DNA of 64,000 bases, from the IMG/VR virus record IMGVR_UViG_3300048837_000614, positions 1-64,000 of that record; one strand, written 5' to 3'. Positions within the stretch are counted from its first letter, which is position 1; every line of letters begins with the position of its first letter. The notes under the pieces are model-generated. The model was not told the DNA's origin. It saw only the letters and a program-made list of their open reading frames with translations, and searched no databases. Both the position numbers and the translations under genes were made by a program. Source of the stretch: a virus. This document shows positions 1 through 10,400 of this stretch, in pieces.

Positions 1-68
1 AACCAAAGGTCAACCCACATAACCCTGCGGTACCTGGAACGTCTACAGGTAGGGCAGTCAATGGCTAA
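1..68 (+). CDS. Partial 3' end of upstream gene (possibly terminase small subunit)
   Basis: Frame 3 is open from the window edge (PKVNPHNPAVPGTSTGRAVNG*) and stops at 66-68, overlapping the terminase ATG at 61. Identity rests on position only. Confidence 0.3.
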   Translation, partial: PKVNPHNPAVPGTSTGRAVNG

Positions 69-2553
69 GTTTACAAAGTGTCCTCGGTGCGGTGCATCTT
101 TAAGATCTACAAAAGCGTTGTCCGGTGGAAACTCAATCTTTTGGAAAGAGTGTTCCAATTCGTTTTGTGGAACGATGGTGGACACGTTTGAACCGTATGG
201 TATGCAATACAACTTTTTGAAAGACCCACATCCGATTAAAGGTGTGTTCGGAGGGTAAACAAACCTGCTCTCCTTAAACTTATTTAATTGCTGGAAAATC
301 TGACCGGGTAAAGCCGAAGACAATCAGCAGCGAAGTCCAATGGCGGGTATTGAAGTGCAAATCATTTTATGTTATAATAAAACAAAAAGGAGATTTGTAT
401 GTTCAAACCAGTAAAAAATTTTGAAGGCTTATATGAAGTGAATGAAGAAGGGGAAATTAGATCCATTGAAAGAAATGGAACTAAAAAAGGCGGTAGAATT
501 TTAAAACATTCAACTGACTCTTATGGATATTCAGTGGTTAAGATGAGAAATAAAGAAATCATCAAAACGGTTAAAGTACATAGAGTCGTGGCTGAAGCCT
601 TTATAAAAAACCCAGAAAACAAAGAACAGGTAAATCATATCGATGGAAACAAAAAGAATAATCACGTTTCAAACCTAGAGTGGAATAATGTAGTCGAAAA
701 TATAAGACACATGTTAAAAATGGGTTTATATAAAGGTGATTTCGGAAGAGTTAAAGTTGATAAGGTTGATCCAAAAAATATGAAGGTTCTTGAAACGTAT
801 AATTCACTTAAAGAAGCTGGCGAAAAAAATAACCTAATGTGGCACAACATCTCTCAAGTAATTAGAGGGAAAAGATTTAAAGCAGGTGGTTATCATTGGA
901 AACGTTCAACGACTATCCCGAAAGGGAGTACACTAGAAGCCTAGTGGAAAAGGTAAGCCTCGAAAGAGTGAAGATATAGTCTAAACTATATGGAAACATA
1001 TAGCAGTTCATAAGAGAACGCAGAGTAAGTAGCGATTATTCTGGAATACAATTGATGGATCTGGTAAGTCGAGAGGTGTTATTAAAGACGTTGAAAAACA
1101 CGGTGCAATTACACCGGGTGGACATATTGCGATTATTGGTTTTACGTATAGAGTTATTAACCGTAACTTCAAAAAAGACTTCGATGAAGACTTTCCTGTA
1201 GCTTTGGTTAGACAATCAAGCGGTGAGAAAACACCTGGCTTTAACGCTAAGGATATGGTGTATACACTTAAGAACGGTTGCAAGATAGAACTTATTACAG
1301 CTGATAATGTCATTAAATTAAGAGGTCTAAACGCAACAAAGATTGTTTTACTAGAAGCAAGTAATATTACGTATGAAATCTTTGAGGCACTTAAATCAAG
1401 ACTTAGAAATCAAGCTGCATCGGTCCCAAAGTTAAACGATAAAGGACAACAAGAGTTTGAGTTAAACATTCAAACAGGTGAGATGGTACCTTTAACGGAA
1501 GCTGAATGGCATACCATGACACTTGAATCAAACCCTGAAGGGAATTGGATCCAAACAGACTTCTTATTAAAGGCTGACCGTATTCAATTCTATGGAAACT
1601 CATATAATAAGTATCAATATTTAGTCGATCAGATCAATAAAGATTATTCACTACATATTTCAGCAACGGATGCCAATCCATATCTTCCAAAGAACTACTT
1701 GGAGATTAACACGAGAGGTAAACCTGAACACGAAATCAAACGATTCTATTATGGGTCTTTCTTATTCGTTGCGAATATGGTGCATCCAAAGATTCACCAG
1801 GCATTGATAGATCCATACCCAATCAACTTAAATGACCCAGACATCTTTGTTATCATTGGTTACGACTACGGTCTATATGATCCTTCCGTATTTGAGTTTG
1901 GTGTTGTAAACTTTAAACGGCACACTGTAACATTCTTTGACGAGATAGAAGTTATTGATATGTCGGTTAAACAAATAGCTGAAGCTTTTAGAAAAAAACT
2001 ATCTGTGATTCCAGATGGAAAACTCTTGTTCATTCCAAAGATGGATGCGAAGAGCTATTCAAAAAGAGGTGGAGATAAAGTTTCTTTAGGCTCTATGTTT
2101 GAAGACGCAGGTCTTATCTTTGACCCTGTGCAAGAAGCACCAAAGGAAAGAGTTATTAAGACGAACTCGTTAATTGATAACGGACAACTCTTTATCTTTA
2201 GAACACTTAAGCTCGCTGAAGAACTTAGAACAAGAAGACGTAAGGTTAATTCCAAGGGTGAAGCAACAGATGAACTCGTGGATAAACATAACCATAGAGG
2301 CGATGCTATGGAGTTTGCTTTAATCAAACTTCCTATTAACTTAGAGAAAATGACCTTAGCTGATTATCTTCGCCCAGGAGAAAGAGTTATTGCTGATTTA
2401 AAGCGTAAAAAAGATAAACCTATTTTAGACGATAAACAAAAATTAATACAATCGATGAATCCTCTTAACTTCACAAAGGAAAAAGATTACGAAGAACATG
2501 ACTATAACGAAGAAGAATATGATACAATTATAAGTAAACTTTCTGGAATTTAA
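61..2553 (+). CDS. terL: Terminase large subunit, spliced: exon 1 61..256 + exon 2 1055..2553 (564 aa)
   Basis: Joining T256 to A1055 gives GGG TAT GGA TCT GGT AAG TCG = Walker A (FGGYGSGKS), in frame with ORF 1204..2553. Also LRGLNA..IVLLEA (Walker B-like), ESNP coupling motif, RNase H-like nuclease IIGYDYG..DP and DKHNHRGDAMEF; lies upstream of portal. Confidence 0.92.
350..378 (+). promoter_or_regulatory. Intron-internal sigmaA-type promoter for the homing endonuclease
   Basis: TTGAAG(350-355)-17 nt-TATAAT(373-378) with TG extension, followed by AGGAGA RBS and ATG399. Confidence 0.7.
399..944 (+). CDS. Intron-encoded NUMOD4-HNH-NUMOD1 homing endonuclease
   Basis: FKPVKNFEGLYEVNEEGEIRS (NUMOD4), VHRVVAEAFI..VNHIDGNKKNNHVSNLEW (HNH), YNSLKEA..ISQVIRGKRFKAGGYHW (NUMOD1/IENR1). 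Confidence 0.95.
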   Translation: MFKPVKNFEGLYEVNEEGEIRSIERNGTKKGGRILKHSTDSYGYSVVKMRNKEIIKTVKVHRVVAEAFIKNPENKEQVNHIDGNKKNNHVSNLEWNNVVENIRHMLKMGLYKGDFGRVKVDKVDPKNMKVLETYNSLKEAGEKNNLMWHNISQVIRGKRFKAGGYHWKRSTTIPKGSTLEA

Positions 2554-2584
2554 TGTATAATGAAAATATAAATGAGGTGTTGAT

Positions 2585-4402
2585 ATGGCGAAGAAAAAAG
2601 AAACCGAAAAAATAGAGGTTGAAAAAAAGGTAGAAGAAACAAAAAACGTTGTACCTGAAACAAACATTAAGGACATCGTTTCGATGTACCAATCGTACAA
2701 AGCAGCAAAGGCACCAACCGTGCAAAGATGGAATCGTATCAAAGCTTTCTTTGATGGCGAGTTCTGGGAGAAGTTCAAGGAAAAGGTTAAAGAGTACACA
2801 CTTATTCCTGATACGAACTACGTTGAATATGTAACTACAGCCTATATCAACTCTATTTATTCAGGTGTTTACATTCCAGAAGTCATTGCGACAGACTTAC
2901 AAATGCAAGAACTAGCTCAACAACTTTCCGCTTATATTCATGCTGAATTCATCCGTAAAGGTATCAAGTCAGAAATGACGGGGTGGGGTGAAAATGTTAT
3001 GCTATATAACATGCAACCGGTCAAGACTTTTTTGAACAAAAGAGAAAAAGACGCTGATTGGGAAACGATTAACCCATTCGGAATCTTCTTAGATCCTTCA
3101 GTTTCTGACTTTAGAAAAGGTGAAGCGGTGTTCATCGTTAAAGATACGAACATCTACACACTCCTTAAGGACCCAAGATTTAATGCAAAGATTAAAGACT
3201 ATCTATTAACTCATGACGAAAACGGAACAGAGTTAGAAGCCGTCAATATCTTCGATCAGGAGCCTGACATGGAAAGATTTACAACTACAGGTAACAAGAC
3301 TGTTTCAATTCTTGAATACTATATTAGAACAAAAGAAGGTATCAACAACGGCTTCATTATGAATGAGAGATTACTTCTTCACGAGAAGAAAGGTATCATT
3401 CCTGATGATTTCCCTATCGATATCTTATACCATAGAAAACCAAATGGTAACCCATATGGTAAACCACTGATTTATAAGATCCTTAACTCATACATCACAC
3501 TTAATCTATTAGATAGTATGGATGCAACTCAACCATACCTTGCACAAAATAGACCGAAGTTCTTCGACTTAAAGAGCAGAATCAACCCGAGAGCGTTTAT
3601 CGATTACGGTAACACTCCTGGTTCTACATTCCCACTCTTTGGAGAACCTACAAAAGCTGTGCATTACCAAGATATTCAATTCGTTCCAGACTCTACCAAT
3701 ATCAAGATCAGACTTGAGAACGGTATCTATAACGTAACAGGTGTCGACATGGCATATCGTGGTAGACAAACAAACTCGATTACGACAACCGGTGGCATTG
3801 AACAGCAACAAGCCAGAGTTATTATGCTTACAGATAACGGTCCAATCGTAGCTCTCGAGACATTCATAGAATCTTTAGCTAAAAGAAGATTGATGTTTGT
3901 TAAAGAATACCTAGATGAAATCGAAGTACCGAAAAATAACTTCATCAAAGAAATGGTTAAGGTTAATCTTAAGGACGTAGATCTCAATAAGATGTCGTTC
4001 ATTCTAGAATCTAAACCATATCTTCCAATGACTAAGAAGACGTTGTTTGAAACACTTAAACAATTATATGAAATGCAAGGTCAGTATCAATTCCAAATTA
4101 AACTTATTCAAGAAGAAGATTTACTTGATGAACTTCCAATCGATCCAATCAGACGTTCTAAACTTCTACAAAGAATTGCAAGTGAGAAACAAAGTAATGC
4201 AGCACTTAAGAAGAGAGAAACTCTACTTACCTTCGCATCACTATTCCAACAAATGCAATCTGCTGGACTTGATGATGAATCAGCTGCTAACGAAGCACTT
4301 AATATCATGGATGAAGAAGAAAATGCTAAATTACAAGACCCAACACTTGGCGTTAATAAGGGTGCTATGGCACCTCAAGGTGGAACTCCAATGGGATTCT
4401 AA
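2585..4402 (+). CDS. Portal protein
   Basis: 605 aa directly after terL. Motifs INPFGIFLDPS and YHRKPNGNPYGKPL, helical C-terminal Gln/Met-rich tail as in podovirus portals. Confidence 0.8.
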   Translation: MAKKKETEKIEVEKKVEETKNVVPETNIKDIVSMYQSYKAAKAPTVQRWNRIKAFFDGEFWEKFKEKVKEYTLIPDTNYVEYVTTAYINSIYSGVYIPEVIATDLQMQELAQQLSAYIHAEFIRKGIKSEMTGWGENVMLYNMQPVKTFLNKREKDADWETINPFGIFLDPSVSDFRKGEAVFIVKDTNIYTLLKDPRFNAKIKDYLLTHDENGTELEAVNIFDQEPDMERFTTTGNKTVSILEYYIRTKEGINNGFIMNERLLLHEKKGIIPDDFPIDILYHRKPNGNPYGKPLIYKILNSYITLNLLDSMDATQPYLAQNRPKFFDLKSRINPRAFIDYGNTPGSTFPLFGEPTKAVHYQDIQFVPDSTNIKIRLENGIYNVTGVDMAYRGRQTNSITTTGGIEQQQARVIMLTDNGPIVALETFIESLAKRRLMFVKEYLDEIEVPKNNFIKEMVKVNLKDVDLNKMSFILESKPYLPMTKKTLFETLKQLYEMQGQYQFQIKLIQEEDLLDELPIDPIRRSKLLQRIASEKQSNAALKKRETLLTFASLFQQMQSAGLDDESAANEALNIMDEEENAKLQDPTLGVNKGAMAPQGGTPMGF

Positions 4403-4405
4403 AAT

Positions 4406-4434
4406 AAAAGGCGATATTCATTATCGCTTTTTTT
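4406..4434 (+). terminator. Intrinsic terminator
   Basis: AGGCGATA-TTCAT-TATCGCTT followed by a T-run. Confidence 0.8.
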
Positions 4435-4441
4435 CTTTAGA

Positions 4442-4475
4442 TGCTATAATAAAAGTATAAAAATTGAGTGAGGTA
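4442..4475 (+). promoter_or_regulatory. Extended -10 promoter plus conserved leader/RBS
   Basis: TGCTATAAT AAAAGTATAAAAA...GAGGTA, same layout as at 20688 and 32731. Confidence 0.65.
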
Positions 4476-4480
4476 TCCGC

Positions 4481-7400
4481 ATGAATCCTAATTGGAAGAA
4501 AAAAATGAATGCCATACCCGTGCAAAGGAAAGGTCCAAGCGATCGAATAACAGCACAGGAATGGAATCAAATTATTAACATTCTTTCTGAACAAGTCAAC
4601 AATAACACTTTAGGCAACGAAAAGTTTATTAAGATTGTTGAAGAAATTGAAAGTGGTAATTTGAAGAAAGAACTCGTATTCAAAATCTTTAAAAATTATG
4701 AGGGTGACTTGTCTAAGTTCATTGAAGATCTCATCATGAGAATGGAACTTATAGTCAACGTCAAGCGTTATGAGACCGAAGATGATTTTCCAGAAGTAGG
4801 AGATGAGGAATCACTCTATATCGCTAAGTTTTACAAATCTTCAGATGAAGAGGGCAATATTGTTCTAAACAAATTGAACTCTATTTTTGGCTTTGATCCA
4901 GAGAGTGGATACTATGAAATTGATGGACAAAAGGGCGGTGCCCTAGAATTCCACAGTGAGTTCGACTTCCCACTGCAAGGAAAAGAAAACTTCCTTTACT
5001 TAGCTAAAAATAGAAACACGGCTTTGGAAGGTGAAGAACCTGTTTGGGAAAAATACAACATGCTCTTTAGATGGGATGCTGAACAGGGAATCTATGAAGC
5101 TGTTGCCGGTCAAGGTAGTGGTGGTGGTGGAAGTGGAACAGGAACTGTAACAAGAGTTATACCATTCCCTGTAGGAATACCGACTGTATTTGGGCACAAC
5201 CTATTAGAAGATTTAATTTTAGGTTATTCCTATATAAACAACACATATGATAGTGCTACACGCATTTTATATGTAAATGATATTCCAAAAAATACAGCAC
5301 AAATATCTACAGGCGAAAACTCAATCGATGTGACACCTTATCTCACACAAGGTTTGAATACGATTAAAATATATATTACGGATCCAGAAGGAACTGCATC
5401 TCAACTTATTTATCGTGTGACAGGAAATACAATGTCATTGAGTTCATTGTTTAATGATGCGACAGCCATTATAGGTACAGATGTATTCGTTCCGTATTCT
5501 ATCGTTGGGACAGCACAGGTAAAAACAATGCACTTCATTTTAGATGAAGTCGAAACAACTGAAGTGGTATCTAACTTAAACGGAAACAAAATCATAAGTG
5601 GGCTTAACCATGGCGTCCATAAATTAGAAATATTTGTAGTTGGAGATTTTAAAGACAATAATGGTAATACGCTTTATTCAATAACAAGTAATTCTGTATT
5701 CCTAGACATTATTTATGCACAACCAGGAGAAACAGAAACGCTGATCTCATCTAAGTTTAGATTACAAGAAGAGTATCAAGGTAATACAATTTTTATAGAC
5801 TATATAGTTTATAATCCTATCTTAGAACTTTCTGAAGTATCATTATACATCGATGATGTTTTATTTACTACGCTTTCTGTAGATGATACAAGACAAACAT
5901 GGAGTATTAAAACTCTTCAACCAGGCATGAGAACACTTAAAATTGAATCAAATGGTGTATATGTAGAAAAAACAATTAACATTTTACCTATAGAATTAGA
6001 CTTGGATGTTACTAAGGACAGCTTTTTAAAGTTGTTCTTAACTGCATTTGGTAAAACAAATAACGACTTAGATAAAGATGTTTGGGTAAACTCATTTGGA
6101 AATAGTGTTAATGTCACACTTCAAAATATTAACTTCAGTAATACAGGTTGGGTATCTGATTCTCTACGTTTAATTGGAGACGCTAAAGCAATCATAGGTT
6201 TCAAACCATTCGGATCTAATTTAGCATCTTCAGGTAAAACGATTGAATTTGATTTTACAACAAGATTCACTGTATCGGAAAATACAAAACTTATCTCATG
6301 TATGTCCGGTGGTGTTGGTTTTGAAATTACAACACAATCGGTTTCATTAAAAGGTTCTAACATTGAGATCTTATCAAGATTCAAGGAAGATGAACATATC
6401 AAGATTGCTTTTGTTATTAGACCTACAGACAAAATGATTCTAACTTATATCAATGGTGTTATTAGTGGCGTAGCAAACTATACAAATGAAACATCGTTTA
6501 GACAATTAGTACCTGTAGATATAACTGTTAACCCAGAGGGTGGTGCTTTAGATCTATACAGTATTCGTGTATACGACAGAGCATTAAATAATATCGAAAT
6601 GCTTGAAAATTATTTAGCTGAAATTTCTACACTTGATGAACGTGTTGAAAAATTTATGTTCAATGATATCTTTGATGAATATGGGAACGCATCAAAAGAT
6701 AAAATGTCACAGCTTATACCTATAATGATGTTTGACGCACCGATTATGCCACAGTTCAAAGGTGATAAGCGTCCTCTTAAAGTAACATTCGAGCATCCAT
6801 TTGATCCATCAAAAAACTTTATTAGAGAAGCAGATAAGACTGTTGTGGATTGGCAAGGTACTTCTTCTATTCAGTATCCTGTTAAAAACTTTAAGATAAC
6901 ATTTGATAAGAAACAAAAATATCCTATTGAAGATGGTTGGATTCCAGAACGCAAGTTTACCTTAAAAGCAGATTACATGGACTCATCACACTCGCATAAT
7001 ACAGGGTTTGCAAGACTTTTTGATACGATGTATGATGAAGGATTGCCGCCTAAACAATACGATGAAAGAATTAGATCGACTGTTTATGGGTATCCAATAG
7101 CTTTATTCTATAGACCTAATGCAAATTCGCCATATGAATATTGGGGTGTCTATAACTTTAATTTAGATAAAGACTGCGAAGATACATTTGGTTTGAACAA
7201 CGAAAAGAATTATGTCGATGCAGAATTAGATGGGATTGAACCGACTTTCCCTTTATGTCAATCATTTGAAATTACATTTAACGCCGATTCATCTGCGGGT
7301 GCATTTAAAAATAATGAACTGATGAATGTTGTTGCATCTTTTGAGGCTCGTTATCCGGAGTTAGATGGGGACACGGTTTACAATGTAGACACTGGAGAAG

Positions 7401-10400
7401 TACACGATGCTGTAGCTTTAGAAGCTCACTATGCAAATCTAAGAGCGATGATCCAATGGGTTATGGACAATGACAATAATCCTAATTTTAAAACAGAATT
7501 TGATTTACACTTCAATAGAGATTACACGCTTAAGTATTTAATAGCAACAGAGTTATTTGGATTAGTCGATAACTTAGGTAAGAACGCAATGATGAATACA
7601 TGGGATGGGCAGATCTGGTATCCTAACTTTTATGACGTAGATACTGCAATGGGTTTAGAAAACCAAGGTAGAAACATTCATAACTATGATATTGAAATTG
7701 GACAAGTTGGAACTTATGCAACAGCGGATTCAGGTTTATGGATCAATATCATGCGTTTCTTTTATAATGAACTTCAAGCTATTTATCAGAACTTAAGAGG
7801 TGACAAGTTCTCTTATAATAAAGTTCTTGAGTTTTTAGAAACGAATCAAATCAGTAAGATATCGGAATCGCAATATAACCTAGATGCCTATGCTAAATAC
7901 ATTGGCGTAACAACGGACTGGCTATGGATGGCTCAAGGTAAACGAATTGAGCATATTAAGAGATGGCTTACTTTACGTATGGCATTTTTAGATAGCAAAT
8001 ATATTGGTGGAGAGTTCGCCAACTATGTAGCACTCCGTATTAATGTGACAGGTGATGATTTAGATCCTGCTTATTTAAAAGCAAAGGTCACTATTACTCC
8101 TATCATTACACAATATGCTACAGCTAAGTTTGGTAATACAAATCCTGTTCAACAAAAAACACCAGGTAATACACCTGTAGAAATTGTAGGACCTTCCGTT
8201 ATTGGCAACTCCGGTATTACAAATATGGAAGTTTCAGTCTATGGTGCTAAGTATATTGAAGACTTGGGTGATCTATCAACTCTTTATCTATCGTCTATAT
8301 CGACAGAGTTTGCACAAAGACTTAGAAAACTTCTTATTGGTAGCCAAGCTGAAGGATATATCAACGACAAACTTACACAAGTTTCAGTTGGTAATAATTC
8401 ATATCTTGAAGAAATAGATCTTACAAACTGTACGATTTTAGGAACCGATACAAACGGAACACAAGTTCTCGATTTATCACAAGCGGTTAATATTAAAAAA
8501 GTTCACGCCCATGGAACACAGCTTAAAGGAATAACTTTCCCAAGCGGTGCAAACTTAGAACTTCTTAAATTGCCAGCAAGCATTACTCAATTAGTGTTAA
8601 GAAATATGCCACTCTTAACAGCCGAAGGTTTATTATTAGATGGAATCAACAACATAACACTATTAAGAATTGAAAACATAAATGGAATTAATTCTGTGCA
8701 GTTAGCTAACTTAGCGGCAAGTCTACAAAGACTTCGTTTAATCGGTCTTAAATATTCTATGTTAGGTATGGCTGATATGATCTCATTAGCAGAAAAACTA
8801 TGGGATAGTGATCTTAACTCATATAGAATCATTGGTGTTGATGCTACAGGCCAAGACGTAAACGAACCTATAGTCGAAGGTATTATTAAGGTCTTAACTT
8901 ATGATTTAATCGCTAATGAAGATATAGTACTTATTCAATCTAGAATGCCTAATCTTCAATTAGAGGTTAATCAAATTACTGAAGGAATGACTTTTGAAGA
9001 TTATGAAGATGGATTACGTATGACAGGATATACAGGTATCGCAACAATATTAAGTGTTCCTGGGAATACAAACGCTGAATTATCAGAAGAAAATCCAATC
9101 ATACCATCAATAGATGGTTGGAAACCCGTCATAGCGATTGCACCATTTGCATTAAACAACAAGACGGCAATCACTCAAGTTATTATTCCAAGAACTGTAG
9201 AAGCTATTGGACAACAAGCGTTCAACGGTATGACTAATTTAGGAATAACCTACATACCGAATACAGTTGAAACCATGGGATTAGAAGTATTTAGAAACAC
9301 ACCCAACGCATTGATTCTTTGTGAAGCACCAAGTAAACCAGAGGGTTGGAATAATAATTGGTATGCAAGCCAAGCATTAACCATTCTTTGGGGAGTGCCT
9401 TCAGCAAATAGTACATTCAACTTTAACTCAAACGGTGGTTCTTCAGTAGATCAAGTAATTAACAATGTATTATTTCAAGCTCCAACAGCACCAACTCGTT
9501 TAGGAAAAGACTTTGTGAAGTGGCAATACAACGGACAAGATGTTACATTCCCATTTGTTCCTGAAGTTGCAGGAGAATATACATTCACAGCGGTTTGGGA
9601 AGATGCAATCTTTACTGTTCAATATCTTAAACCAGACGGTCTTGGTGGTTGGGTTCTTCACGATTCTCACTTTATTCAATACGGAGATTTTCTAGGATCA
9701 GAATTTCAAGAAATTTCAATACCTATTTCTGGAACACTTTCTTTTAGAGAGTGGAGAATGTACTCTCCATCAGGAGAATTGGTTTTTGAAGGCACACAAA
9801 TATTACATAATCATATAACTTCACCAGATGGAAACATTATTAAAATATATGCAATTATGGTAGACACTGCGGGATTAGGTGCTGTATTCCTTAATGACGA
9901 TGTCGCTAATTATCCAGATGGATATTATAATATAGTTTCTTATGTAAATAATAATTCAGGAAATGCAATAACAGATCTTTTAATACCTAGCCAATGGACA
10001 GGTATAGAAGGAACCAGACCAGTAAAAGGCGTAAGACTAACATCAGGCTCATTCATAAATGGTAATCTATATAAAGTAAGAACATTAACTATTGAAGAAG
10101 GTGTAAAAAGAATAGAACAATACGCATTTAATGGAATTAGTTATTGCACAAAAGTAACAGTCCCTGCGAGTGTAGTTTTCATAGGAAGTAATGCCTTTAA
10201 TGGTGCTGGAAATAATATTCCATCAGTTGGATGTGAGTTAATTTTCAACTGTAATCTAGATAATATTACAGGTCCGTATATAGCTTCAAATGCTCGAGTA
10301 AAAATTAATATAGCGTTTGGAACGACAAAAATTAATAATTCTTTATTCTATAACTCTATGTCAATAAAAGAAATAATTTTGCCTAATTCAGTGTTAGAAT

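Larger units (their letters stand above)
257..1054 (+). ncRNA. Group I self-splicing intron (phage IA2-like) in terL
   Basis: Exon ends in U256. P1: exon GGAGGGU(250-256) pairs with GCUCUCC(267-273), U.G at the splice site. Core elements: P AATTGCTGGAAA(~286), Q AATCAGCAG(~322), R GTTCAACGACTA(~904), S AAGATATAGTCT(~972). Terminal G1054. Splicing restores Walker A. Confidence 0.93.

Noticed and set aside
256-258. Stop-codon readthrough, alternative genetic code or pseudogene explanation for the broken terminase
   Set aside because: Group I intron elements and exact restoration of Walker A explain it. All other genes are intact in code 11 and TGA is used as a stop in ATGA overlaps.
1204-2553. 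ORF-track start at TTG1204 as a stand-alone terminase
   Set aside because: The frame is open upstream to the 3' splice site at 1055; this is exon 2.
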